A stretch of DNA of 63,288 bases, the filler included, from Octopus bimaculoides (taxonomy: Eukaryota): assembly GCF_001194135.2 (NCBI RefSeq). It is 8 parts of 7 records of this genome, joined end to end, with 100 filler letters (N's around TTAATTAATTAA, not from the genome) between each part and the next. Parts side by side here need not be neighbours in the genome. Positions count along the whole stretch, not along the records: positions 1 to 8,157 come from NC_068991.1; positions 8,258 to 11,084 come from NW_026437447.1; positions 11,185 to 15,490 come from NW_026334568.1; 5 more parts are not named here. One strand, written 5' to 3'. Both the position numbers and the translations under genes were made by a program. Shown one piece after another: positions 1 through 12,775 of this stretch. Position 1 is the first letter of the stretch, and every line of letters begins with the position of its first letter. The notes below the pieces were generated by a model. That model did no database searches and was not told the DNA's origin. It was given only the letters and a program-made list of their open reading frames with translations.

Positions 1-339
1 ATATGCGTGAAGGCTGCCATAGTGCCCGTCTACCAAATTCACTCACAAGGTATTAATCACATTGGTCAACCAGGGGCTATATGTCTTACCGCGCAGTGGG
101 GGTCGAACCCGGAACAAATCAGGATGCAAGGCGAACTTCCTAACCACACAGCCATGCCTGCAGATGAGAAAATGTTTTAAATAAATCAGTGAAAGTCGAT
201 AAGGAGAATGGAAGAAAAATATTGCTGGTTGGCGGTAGATAATAAAAAAAGAAAATAACTGCGCCTTATGTAATGCTAGTGTAGAAGAGTGCGGTGAGAG
301 AGAGAGAGGTATAACTGGTTCGAGTGTTGAAGGGAGAAG

Positions 340-428
340 AGAGGGAAAAAACTGATGTTTTTAGAGTGTATATGTGGTGAGAGAGGGGAAAAAAACTGAT
401 GTTTTTAGAGTGTATATGTGGTGAGAGA
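340..428 (+). repeat. About 45-bp tandem duplication
   Basis: AAAAAACTGATGTTTTTAGAGTGTATATGTGGTGAGAGAG occurs twice. Confidence 0.9.
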
Positions 429-1102
429 GTGGAAAGTGTGTGAGTTTCGCAGAAGTTGCAAAGGAGAATGACGAGAAAGCCAGCAAGAAATGCAAGAAAA
501 GCAACTACAAAACGATGAATAATGGAATAATGATGGAATTACTTAGTTTTGGAAGAACACAAAAAACAGCGGTGAGAATCTTTATGGCAAGAAGGCAAAA
601 AATATATATGAACGAAAACGAAACGAAGGCACTCTCTACCCTTCTTTCAAAAAACGAGTTTCGTTCACTATACAGACATATGCCTACTATATATATATAT
701 ATATAGCATATATATANNNNNNNNNNNNNNNNNNNNNNNNNNNNNNNNNNNNNNNNNNNNNNNNNNNNNNNNNNNNNNNNNNNNNNNNNNNNNNNNNNNN
801 NNNNNNNNNNNNNNNNNNNNNNNNNNNNNNNNNNNNNNNNNNNNNNNNNNNNNNNNNNNNNNNNNNNNNNNNNNNNNNNNNNNNNNNNNNNNNNNNNNNN
901 NNNNNNNNNNNNNNNNNNNNNNNNNNNNNNNNNNNNNNNNNNNNNNNNNNNNNNNNNNNNNNNNNNNNNNNNNNNNNNNNNNNNNNNNNNNNNNNNNNNN
1001 NNNNNNNNNNNNNNNNNNNNNNNNNNNNNNNNNNNNNNNNNNNNNNNNNNNNNNNNNNNNNNNNNNNNNNNNNNNNNNNNNNNNNNNNNNNNNNNNNNNN
1101 NN

Positions 1103-1136
<34 letters not shown>

Positions 1137-2554
1137 GATTTGGGTAAGAGCCTTGTAGTATGCTATGCAAAGCTAGCCCCCAGTTATTGGCTACCTGATG
1201 TCATTATACAGTGCAAATACCCTTCTTAGTGGTTATACATCATACATCAGGAATTCGATAGTATCCGGAGAGTTTATATAGATAGATAAATAATAGAAAA
1301 TGGAATGAACGACATGCTTTATTTAAAATCACTACAATTGTTTCGGCACATTCTTACACTCGTAGTACATCGATGAGATTGTTGCGTAACCATTATTATT
1401 CCTTCAAGGTGTAAAATTCGCCTCCTCCAGTGATTGTTTAAATAAATTCTCCATAAGTCCTTAAATAAGATGATCGTTTATATAAGCTCTTCATAAGATC
1501 CTACGATCATTTCACTTGGAGTAAGAAAGCATACCTAAAGCTGTGCTATTTTAAACCGTTTATAGACAAAACTCAACCCATAGATATAGTGTCAGACAAA
1601 GTACAATTGTAATCAAAATAAAAAATGCAGAAATAAAGAAATGAACAAACAGAAAGGTCAGGTCGATTATAAATTTCAATTCTATCTTCATAGTCAGATT
1701 ATGAGGAAGAAAGTGCAGAAGAGAATAACGAATAAAATGAAGCGTTTAAAGATAATAAACTGATAAAGTGATAAATATTGACCATTTGTGTACTTATCAA
1801 CTGTTTCTTTGTTTCTTTGAAGGATCTAAGCTAGAATGTAATGAATTAACTTTAAAACAGCGGCTGATTCGAGTGTAGAATGGGATCAGTTGTTTTGTTG
1901 TGAAAGACAAGAGGGTAATTTAGATCACATAGAAACAAAGAAACAATTTAGAAACAAAGAAACAATTGATAAGTACACAGATGGTCAGACTTCGTCACGT
2001 TATCAGTCTATTATTTCTAAACGATTAATTTCATTCTTCATTTTGTCTTGCACTTTCTTCCTTATAATCTGACTATGAAAATAGAATTGTAATTTATAGT
2101 TAACCTGGTCCTTTTCTTTTCTTTTTTGTTAATTTCTTTATTTCTGTATTTTGTATTTTGATTATAATTGTAATTTTGTCTGTCACTATATCTATGGGTT
2201 TAGTTTCGTTTGTAAACTGCCTGAAAATAACACAGCTTTGGGTATGTATTATCACACCGAATGAAATGACTGGTGGACATATTTAGACAATCACTCGAAG
2301 AAGAACATTTTATGCCTTGGATGGATGATAAGGATTACCCAACATCTCCCCGATGTACTACGAGTGTAAAAATGTGTCGAAACAATTGTATTGATTTTAA
2401 ATGTGCCGAAACAATTGTAGTGATTTTAAATGTGCCGAAACAATTGTAGTGATTCCATTTTCTATCATTTACCTATTCACACATACACGCGCACGCACAC
2501 ACACTCACACACACACTCACACACTCACACACGCGCACACGCATGCACACACAC

Positions 2555-3190
2555 ACATGTATCTTCATTTTCTCATTGTCTTCGTTGGTTGTGCCAGGGA
2601 TAGATGTCTTTGGGGTTTCATGGTTCATCCCCGGTAATGTGGCTGAGACAGCTTCATTTGCTGACTCACATATTATGTCTGACATCAGCCTAGAACCAAC
2701 AACCTCCATGATTTATTGTTGACTTTGTTTTTGTTCTGGATTTTACGTATAGAAAGCTTTTAGACAGGTGTTGCTTCCACATGTATAACACCTGAGTCGT
2801 TTTCCCTGCATGCCGAATTTAAAGGTTTTCTTTTCAGCACTCTCTACAGGACACGGTCATGGTATCGTTTTGTAGTCTTGCAGGATCATGAGGACTTGTA
2901 TATTCATGATAATTCCAACCGACCACATATCACCGGATGTTATATCTGAGTTTATCACATGCCAAATATGCCCATATTGTTCCACGAGGAGGTGACATCG
3001 TCACCAGTGTTCTTGACAATGACCTTTATGGACTTCCTTTCAAAAGATTTTGTGTCTTTACTGCGCCTGGGCTTTCGCTCCGCCTACTATCTTGAAAGTA
3101 ACACATACTGGCATATTCTCCGCGCCTTCCAATGAAAGCTATTTCACTTAAAATACTTCACACGGCTGTCTCCAATCTGAGCTTGGGTGG
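2555..3190 (-). pseudogene. Decayed LINE ORF1 (gag-like, L1/Tx1-type)
   Basis: A long frame with only a few stops, containing a degenerate CCHC knuckle RCYTCGSNTCLKAFY. Confidence 0.5.
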
Positions 3191-3716
3191 GATCAGAAAA
3201 CTATTGTATATTTTCCTCAAAACATAGATATATAAGTTTTCTTTTCTCACATGCCTCCCAAATTGATTGAGGAAAGCTGATCCTAGTTCGGTGCACAAAA
3301 TTCGCCCAGCTTTTGATCTTTCAGACGACTGTTTCACATCAAGTGTTTTCCTCAGGGATAAAAAAAACACTAGCAAATGGTATTTTTTCTTTGCTTATGT
3401 TTACACCCGAAGCAATACATGCATATTGATGTTATTGTTGTTGACGACAAGATTTCCATTTCGATGGATTAAAATTATTATGTTTTCTTTCAGTGTTAAT
3501 ATTTTGCGTTGGAATTAAATTAACATTATGATTTTTTTAATTTTTTTATATATATGGGAAATGTATTGTTTTATACTTTTTCGGTTTTCTTTTTGAAGAG
3601 TCATGACTGACGTGAAATATTCGTAGCCGTTTTTTTTAAATATTTTTTTTATACTTGATGACACGAAAGCGAAAAAAAAAACTTGTCTAAAAAGGTAGTA
3701 CAACCTTTTATTATTA

Positions 3717-3795
<79 letters not shown>

Positions 3796-3802
3796 TATTA
3801 TT

Positions 3803-3840
<38 letters not shown>

Positions 3841-4043
3841 TTATTTATTTGTTGGCAGGGTGACTCCAAACTATGGGGAGAGCTGTATGCTGAAATATCT
3901 GAATAATTTTTGAAAAAACTGTTTTGTATCTACTGAGATCCTTTCGCTAAGAAGACAGATTTGTTGAAATACGTCTGCATCGTCAGCGGTGAATAATAAT
4001 AATAGTAGTTTGCTAGAAACTACCAAAAGTTTTAATAATGATG

Positions 4044-4124
<81 letters not shown>

Positions 4125-4127
<3 letters not shown>

Positions 4128-4465
4128 GCGAAACGGGCTGATTACTACCTAGCTCAGATACCAGGAAACCCCAAAATGGCTGAAGTCCAAAAGATAGTGC
4201 TCATGGGAACTGCCCATATCCTACGTAAAATACTGTCTATGTGATCTCAAATTTTAAAGCAAACATAATTTTCTTATGGTTTCTTAAACATTCACTTGAA
4301 CAAAACTGTACAAATCCAAATATATGGTACCCTAGGCATAACACCTACATGAACTTCTAACTTGTTGTCTCTTGAGGTCTCTGGGTGAGACTTGGATCCA
4401 ACTTGTACAAATGCAAAACAAAAGTCAAACATAAAATAATAATAATAATAACAACAACAACAATA
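4125..4465 (+). mobile_element. R4/Dong-like non-LTR 3' end embedded in a (TAA)n array
   Basis: IPGNPKMAEVQKIVLMGTAHILRKILSM* followed by a 3' UTR and a (TAA)n tail; preceded by (TAA)n at about 4035-4124. Confidence 0.75.
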
Positions 4466-5171
4466 AGGATAATAAATTCTTGCCTTAAAGAAAACAATAC
4501 ATAGACAGGAAAAAAAGGAAGGAAATGAGAGAAGGTTTGTAAGTCTTTAAGTATGGAATCAATATAGGTAGAAGACTATGAAACGTTCTGGAATATGGCA
4601 CAATACAAACAGAATTGGAAAATAAATGGCTCAGGCAGCTTAGCTTCCAGAATGGTGAGGAAAGGACGAAGAAAATTAAGAAATAACAGATTGTATTGCA
4701 GGGGAATGGACAGTGAAGTACCTGAAACATTGTCAGTGAAGCATGTTCTTCACTGAAGTAGGGTAGAGAGCGTTACGCAGGTATTTGGCGGAGGGGGGAG
4801 AGAGATACAAACATACATACATACATACATACATACATACATACTTACATATATANNNNNNNNNNNNNNNNNNNNNNNNNNNNNNNNNNNNNNNNNNNNN
4901 NNNNNNNNNNNNNNNNNNNNNNNNNNNNNNNNNNNNNNNNNNNNNNNNNNNNNNNNNNNNNNNNNNNNNNNNNNNNNNNNNNNNNNNNNNNNNNNNNNNN
5001 NNNNNNNNNNNNNNNNNNNNNNNNNNNNNNNNNNNNNNNNNNNNNNNNNNNNNNNNNNNNNNNNNNNNNNNNNNNNNNNNNNNNNNNNNNNNNNNNNNNN
5101 NNNNNNNNNNNNNNNNNNNNNNNNNNNNNNNNNNNNNNNNNNNNNNNNNNNNNNNNNNNNNNNNNNNNNNN

Positions 5172-5202
<31 letters not shown>

Positions 5203-5455
5203 GTATAAGTGTATATGTGTATGTGTGTGTGCGTATGTATATACGTGTATGTTTACCGATATGTGTATATCTATGTGCATGTGTTCATATATGTGTGTGC
5301 ATGTTTGTGTGTATATATGTGTGTCTGTGTGTGTTGTGAACATGCATACATACATATACACATACATATACACATACGCATATAAACATTCACACATATT
5401 TATACATACGTGTGTGCGTTTGTGCGTTTTATTGCAGATAAATGTACATATATAG

Positions 5456-5491
<36 letters not shown>

Positions 5492-6029
5492 ATACGCACA
5501 CGCAAGACAACACACTCACACACAAACACACACGCATATATAATATTCTACTATAAGATCTCTCGATGAGCACACAAGTAGGAAAGTGTGTAGAGTACAG
5601 GATACGTGTAATATAGCCGAGTACGCCAACTGCACCAACTTCACACTTCATCCAGTGGCCATTGCCAGTAACAAATTCGACTGATAACTCACTTGTGCAG
5701 CAGCGTGTAACCACGGTTAGAATATGCGTAATGCTATAATTAACCGAAAGCATATTACGCAACATGTTCCTACTCGGACACCGGTACACAGAAACACCCG
5801 TAAGTGAACGGCATATGACCGCTTAGAGACGATACTGATGCTGAAGACGACGACGACGATGATGATGATGATGATGACGAATAAGAAGATGATGATGGTG
5901 ATGATGACGATGATGATTATTTTTTTTTATTAGCCACAGGGTCGTAGATGAGGAGTACATCACAAGGACAGCTAAAGAAAGGAAGGAGAGGGGGAGAAAT
6001 GGAAAAGGCAACGAAATGCGATAAACGTG

Positions 6030-7015
6030 CAGTAATCCCTTGACTATCGCGGGTGTTACGCTCCAAAACTCTCCGCGATAGGTGAAAATCCGCGAAGTAG
6101 AAAAATACTGTACTGTATATTTTTTTAAATTATTCTTTTTAATCTGTATATATTTATTTTATTATTTTTACATATTTAAGCTTTTATAAACTCTCCCCAC
6201 ACTCATAGGAGTGCCCGTGTCTTCTCCTGTTTTCGCGGGTGAGGAACACAGTGGTGGGCAGTTGCTGGCGTTGCTTTGTCTTCTATGTCAGGAGGTTTTT
6301 ATAAACTTCCATGACTCCGTCGATTGCAATTCTGAACTGCAACGCACGAATCATCTGGGGTCCCAATCTTCCGCCCTTCTCTGAAGTCCTTTTGCCGTTT
6401 TTGCGAGAGCCTTAGAAAGTGCAGAACGTTTGGACGACATCGTAAGGCCTGAAATAAATTCACAATTTTACACACAAATGCAAAACATACAGTATGTGCG
6501 ATTCTTTGTTTACTCATCTACGGTACACAACGAATTTTCTTTTAATATAGTTTAATTAATGTGTTATACAGTGAAGTACTGTACTGTATTTTTATTTATT
6601 GATTTATTAATTTTTCGGCGTGGAAATACTTATTTTGCCACAGAAATAATTAAAATCAAAAAGAATACAAATACTTATCGGCCGCAGAAACCCGCGATAT
6701 AAATTTCCATATATTAGCCAGAAAAATCTGCGATATACTGAGGTGTCCGCGATATCAATTTTCATATATTAGCCAGAAAAATCCGCGAAATCCTGAGGAT
6801 TCTACGATAGAAATTTTCATATATTAGCCAGAAAAATCTGCGATATACTGAGGTGTCCGCGATATAAATCTTCATATATTAGCCAGAAAAATCCGCGATA
6901 TACTGAGGAGTCCGCGATATAAATTTTCATATATTAGCCAGAAAAATCCGCGATGTACGAAGGGTGCGATCGGTGAACCGCGATAGGTGAACCACGATAT
7001 AGCGAGTGATTACTG
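6030..7015 (-). mobile_element. pogo/Tigger-type internally deleted DNA transposon (MITE-like)
   Basis: TIR-like ends CAGTAATC(C/A)CT..TATCG, followed by TA on the right. The minus strand holds the transposase start MSSKRSALSKA fused to a C-terminal remnant (IRALQFRIAIDGVMEVYKNLLT*KTKQRQQLPTTVFL). Confidence 0.8.
6692..6955 (+). repeat. 55-bp minisatellite, about 4.8 copies, inside the Tigger-type element
   Basis: Unit starts at 6692, 6747, 6802, 6857 and 6912. Confidence 0.97.
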
Positions 7016-8121
7016 TATGTGTAGTCAACAAAGTATGTGATAACATGAATGATGCAGCCCTCCTGATTCAGAACAAACTCCAACTAAGGCCAATCAAGGA
7101 ACGCCACAGGTCCAACATTACCCTGACCACCAAAGGAACGAGCCCTCTCTCCTGCTCTTCAGTCAACGGGTGCATACTTGAAGTAGAGTCATTCACTCTA
7201 ACAATAATCCTTTCTGCTATAGGCACAAGGCCTGAAATCTTGTGGGTGGGGAATAATCCGTTACATCGACCCTAGTACTCTATTGGTACTTAATTTATCG
7301 AGTCCCCCGCCCCCGCGAAAGGATAAAAGGCAAAGTCGACCTCGGCAGAATTTGAACTCAGAACATAAAGACGGACGAAATACTCTAACCCTAACCGCTA
7401 AACATTTTGTCCGGCGTGTTAACGACTCTGCCAGTTCACCACCTTATTCACTCTAACAATAATGATGGCGATCATGGCGATCATGATTGTTATTAGGCCA
7501 ATATCAAAGGAGGTATCAGCATCGTTACGGCGCTGGACAAAACACTAAGCAGCATTTGGTCAGCTTCACGTTCTTCTTTATTCGAGGTTTCGGTCGACTT
7601 TGCTCAAAAACACAACGCATCACCAGGTCTAGATATAAGCGGGATTGGCCTAGTGGTTATGACGTTGTACTCACGCTCGCGAGAGCGTGGTTTCAATTTC
7701 TAGACCTGGTGATGCGCTGTATTTTTTATACACATATATATACACACACAAACACGCACACATATATATATACATTTACATATATATACATATATATATA
7801 TTTACATATATATACACATATATGCACACGCATTTATATATATACTTACTCATATGTGATGATATAACAATGCCTGTGGGTACGTATGTGCACGTGTGGT
7901 ACGTCCTGGTACGTTTGCACATGTTGGTACGTCTTGGTACCTTTGTGATTATATTCTCATGGGTGTATGTTTGTGATTCTATGTTCGTACATGTGTATGC
8001 CTGCTTTCTCGGGTGTGTCCATTTAGTCATACATGTGCATACACGCTAGCACATCTGTGAGTATATATTCCTACACGTGTCGATGTATATGTGAGTCCGT
8101 AATTATATACGCAGAGATATG

Positions 8122-8157
<36 letters not shown>

Positions 8158-8616
8158 NNNNNNNNNNNNNNNNNNNNNNNNNNNNNNNNNNNNNNNNNNN
8201 NTTAATTAATTAANNNNNNNNNNNNNNNNNNNNNNNNNNNNNNNNNNNNNNNNNNNNAAGAGAAAAAAGATGTTTTATAGGACACATTCTACCAGTGTTC
8301 CAAGTTTCAAAGTGTTTCGTTAATGAAAAATGTGGCCCCCGTTTTAAAAAAGATCCCCTGTTTCTGTTGTGCCTGTAATTCAAAGGGCCAGCCTTGTCAC
8401 ACTGTGTCACGCTGAATATCCCCCAAGAACTGCGTTAAGGGTACATGTGTCTGTGGAGTGCTCAGCCACTTGCACCTGAATTTCACGAGCAGGCTGTTCC
8501 GTAGGTCGGATCAACTGGAACCCTCGACGTCGTAAGCGACGGAGTGCCAACAACAATATGCAGTGAGAGGTATTGCCCCTCTCTGGTGGCAGTGGCTATA
8601 TATAAGGATCTCTTCC

Positions 8617-8858
8617 AGGGGCGAATGGGTTATTTCCTTCGTTTTAAAAATAAAATATATTTGATATATATATACGGATCCCTTCCAGGGGCCCTATCAT
8701 CGATTTTTTTCAACAATCTGAGTATGCCACGAGTTTTCCAGACATGAGTTTTACTCACGTGTCAAGTTTCATCAAAATCGATGAAACGATGTAGGAGGAG
8801 TTAGCTAACTACTCCACAAACACACCCACAGAGAGAATTTCCCTCATATGTAGAAGAT
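8617..8858 (+). mobile_element. Helentron-associated (HINE/DINE-like) non-autonomous element
   Basis: Starts CTATATATAAG; contains AAGTTTCATCAAAATCG..GGAGGAGTTAG and a short CA tract; ends TAGAAGAT. Confidence 0.45.
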
Positions 8859-9140
8859 ATATACTGTCAGTACATATGTATACAACTATGTGCTTTAACT
8901 ACATCATTTGAACTTTTTAGCTCTTATTTCTAGCAGTGTAGGTGTTCTCACATCTTCGGCATATTTTATGACAATCATAGTTTCCCTTTTTGGTAACACA
9001 TTGCACACAGCTATCTACATTAATTTATCCAACTATCTATATATAAACGAAAATATTATGGGTAAGAATCGAAACCATTGTATGTAAATTGTATTTAATA
9101 TTTATTATATTATATTATACATTATTATAAGAATATAATA

Positions 9141-9549
9141 TTCTTTTATTCTTTTATTTGTTTCAGTCACTTGACTGCGGCCATGCTGGAGCACCACCCT
9201 TAGTCGAGTAAATCGAACCCAGGACTTATTCTTTGTAAGCCTAGTACATATTCTAGGGCCTCTTTTGCCGAACCGCTAAGTTACGGGGACGTAAAAACAC
9301 CAGCATCGGTTGTCAAGCCCTGTTGGGGGGACAAACACAAACACACAAACACATATATATATATATACATACATATACATATATACGACGGGCTTCTTTC
9401 AGTTTCCGTCTACCAAATCCACTCACAAGGCTTTGGTCGGACCGAGGCTATAGTAGAAGACACTTGCCCAAGGTGCCACGCAGTGGGACTGAACCCAGAA
9501 TCATGTGGTTGGTAAGCAAGTTACTTACCACACAGCCACTCCTGCGCCT
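9141..9549 (-). mobile_element. tRNA-derived CORE-like SINE (family B), full length with internal microsatellite
   Basis: A/B-box head, CCTTGGGCAAGTG CORE-like block, internal (CA)/(TA) tract and A-rich tail. Partial copies at 1-161 (-), 17971-18138 (-), 21188-21290 (-), 23303-23440 (+), 32441-32506 (-), 44925-45095 (+) and 55095-55300 (-). Confidence 0.88.
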
Positions 9550-10322
9550 ATCATTTTGTCCACGTTTTCTTGCAACGTCCTGTACCCAGATATGCATCTA
9601 TATATACATGTAGATGTAGGTATGTACATACATGTACGTATATATGCATATACTCATATATTATTTGTATTANNNNNNNNNNNNNNNNNNNNNNNNNNNN
9701 NNNNNNNNNNNNNNNNNNNNNNNNNNNNNNNNNNNNNNNNNNNNNNNNNNNNNNNNNNNNNNNNNNNNNNNNNNNNNNNNNNNNNATGTATATATATATA
9801 TATTTAAATGAAATATTCAAACACTGAGATTTGAAGTTAGATGTCACTACTGTTCATATCATCTGTGGATAAATTCAAAATTTGATGATATCACCAGTAG
9901 TAGCATTGGTGGAACGCAGTTATGATAGCTTTAAGGAGCTATGAAATATCGTAATGATGCTTAATGAGCATCTAGCTGCTAGAAATAAGAGCCAAGTCTT
10001 AAATAATCCACCGTAGCGCACCAATATAACAGAGAAAAACATATATATATATATAGAGAGAGATAGATAGATAGATAGATAGATAGATATATTAGTTCCA
10101 TGACTGAACTGTATTACAGTAGAAGCGAACCAACAACCAGGTGGATTCGAACCGAAGTTGTTAAGCACATGGCTAGTAATCATTATTGTTAAAAGATATA
10201 CAAGTCTGCGCCCTCGCGCGAGTTTTTTTTAATTTTTAGATATAGATAACATCTATGTTTTTTTGGTTGGCTAAGTTTATCTTTCCCTATCTCTTTATAA
10301 TGTGAATGTGTGCATATATATC

Positions 10323-10373
<51 letters not shown>

Positions 10374-10380
10374 ATGTGAA

Positions 10381-10418
<38 letters not shown>

Positions 10419-11232
10419 ATGCGAATGTTAAATATATATTTACATATAATATATTTACACATATCTTGCTATATATAATATGCTTATATATATATATATA
10501 TATATAATGAGTGTCAAACTCCAACGAGGATGGCTGTTGACATTACTATGCATCTATTGTACGTTTGCAGTCAACTGGATCCCGCCGCCTCCTCGCTCAT
10601 TAGTTTTCACAATTTTTTGTATTTGTAGTAGGTTTTTTATTATTATTATTGTCTTTTTTTTATTGTTATATTGTTATATTGTTGATTGTTGATTGTTGTT
10701 GTTGCTTCTGTTTTGTTTTGTTTTGCTTTGCTTTCTGTTGACATGAAGAGTCAATTGGCGGAGATGTAGCACGTAATTTGATACGGCGTGAGAGGAGATG
10801 TTAGATGGGGGTGGGGGGCGTTGGAGGAGGAAGAGGAGGAGGAGGAGGAGAGTTTGCAGGTTGGCTTGTTTGCTGGCTGGCTGGCTGGTTGTCTGTGTAA
10901 GATGGCCGGGTGGCTGCCTGGGTAGCCCGGTTGGTAAGCCCGGTTGGGATTGGTGATTTAACGAACTAAGCAACTGTGAAAAACGTCTAGGGGACAGAGA
11001 GAGAGAGAGAGACAGAGTCGGAAAGAAAAATGGAAGAAGAAGAAGAAGAAGAAGAAGAAGAAGAAGAAGAAGAAGAAGAAGAAGNNNNNNNNNNNNNNNN
11101 NNNNNNNNNNNNNNNNNNNNNNNNNNNNTTAATTAATTAANNNNNNNNNNNNNNNNNNNNNNNNNNNNNNNNNNNNNNNNNNNNCTCCATTTCAATTTGA
11201 CTATTTCTTTTCTCTGCATTATTAGCAAGTAC

Positions 11233-11411
11233 CGAGCGAGATCGTTGCCAGTGCCCCTAGACTGGCTCTTGTGCGGGTGGCACATAAAATACACCATTTT
11301 GAGCATGGCCGTTGCTAGTACCGCCTGACTGGCCTTCATAGGATTTTCGAGCGATATCGTTGCCAGTGCCCCTGGACTGGCTCTTGTGCGGGTGGCACAT
11401 AAAATACACCT
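11233..11411 (+). repeat. 115-bp-period tandem duplication (about 1.55 units) of a SINE-like body
   Basis: ATCGTTGCCAGTGCCCC..GGCACATAAAATACACC at 11241 and 11356. Confidence 0.9.
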
Positions 11412-11551
11412 TGTTTTTTTTCTTTTAATACAAAACTGTGGGTGCCACCCTCTTTGAGTAATCCACCTTTTTGATGACTCCACTCTTTACGAGTGTGTCC
11501 AACTCTTTACAATTTCAATTGCTGTGAACGGTACTTGTCTGTTTGCTTTAA

Positions 11552-11770
11552 CCCTTTAACATTTGAACCGGCCATATCCGGCCCAAATATTCTACTTGTT
11601 TTATGCTCAAACCAGCCAGGTCTGGAATTTTACACCTACCTTACAATGTCAAACTAAAAATATGCAATCACATCATCAAAATTTCAAAACTTGAGGTAAT
11701 GCATGATTAATTCAAAGCAATGTGAATAAATAAGCATTACTTTTGACAGAATAGTCTGAATGCTAAAGCG
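11552..11770. mobile_element. piggyBac-type MITE
   Basis: TTAA on both sides (11548-11551, 11771-11774). Imperfect TIRs CCCTTTAACATT / ATGCTAAAGCG. Confidence 0.75.
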
Positions 11771-11784
11771 TTAAATACAGATAG

Positions 11785-12120
11785 AGCATCTTCATTTACT
11801 TCGGAATAGCCTTCCATTTTGCTCCATAGACCTAAATCCTCTGGGAACACTTACAGGAACATTTTTTTTACAATTTCTTTTCTTCAGTTCTTCTGAAGAC
11901 TTGTTTTTTAATGGGACAATCATTTATTGTTAATGCAGTTAAAGATTTACAGGAAGGTGCCATAAATTGAACAGTTCTAACCAATCTCTGCCAAGCAGAT
12001 TGTATTATCCACAACGAATAATTTTGCTTTGTGTGTCTCTCCTCAAACTTTGACAGCAATACATGTTTTGCCCATGAAATGTCATTTATCGCCCATTACA
12101 CCTCGTCCCCTTCAGTGGGG
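11785..12120 (-). mobile_element. Gypsy-like pol fragment (protease-RT junction)
   Basis: GRDWLELFNLWHLPVNL and VFPEDLGLWSK remnants with stops. Confidence 0.55.
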
Positions 12121-12299
12121 GACTGTCACATTAAGTTGACAGTATACAACTATTTCATCATATCACTACTGCATAAATCTCTCTGAGAGATTTAGAAATG
12201 TATCATTTCCTAAAAAATAATGGCTTGCTTTACAAGGACCTGGGGTTAAAAGTTTTATTTTCTGTTTATGGGCTTAAAAAATCCTGGACGACATCAAGT

Positions 12300-12720
12300 A
12301 AACACTCAGTATGAAGGAATAGGGTTAAAATTCCTGTAAATGTCTGTAGAATACAAATCTCAGGTCAATCCAACAATCGTTATGTAGAATTTTAAGAAAT
12401 TCAAAGTATTAACAAGAATCGATGATTCGTATAAAGAAAAACATATTTTTTAGATGACACCTTCATCCAAGATTTGGCCCCTGTGCTATCTGCCCAACTA
12501 CAAAAATTCAACTCGGTACACATAGCAACATTACGTCACCATTACTTTATCTCAACTGGTCCAGCTCTGTTTAATGCCATACTAAAATATGTCAAAACGG
12601 ATCCCATAAAATTCAAATGTTCACTGGACAAATTTCTTTAAAAAATCCTGGACCAACCTCCTACACCAGGATATGTCTCCAACAAAAATAACTCTTTGCT
12701 AGGGTGGGCTATGATGCCCC
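12300..12720 (+). mobile_element. CR1-group-like LINE 3' end
   Basis: HHYFISTGPALFNAILKYVKTDPIKFKCSLDKFL*KILDQPPTPGYVSNKNNSLLGWA. Confidence 0.65.
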
Positions 12721-12775
12721 ATATATGACTAAAAAACTGACCGAAACCTATCAAAGTTATACATACATATATTAC

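Noticed and set aside
440-706. 88-aa Lys-rich ORF
   Set aside because: No ATG start, runs into a microsatellite, and has no recognisable family; possibly a retroelement ORF1 relic.
6692-6955. CRISPR-like regular repeat
   Set aside because: No unique spacers, eukaryotic context and no cas genes; it is a minisatellite.
8202-8213. TTAATTAATTAA centred in 100-bp N blocks (also 11129, 15535, 23764, 31729, 38495, 55563)
   Set aside because: The identical 44N-12-44N layout and six-frame stop design mark it as an artificial scaffolding linker, not biology.
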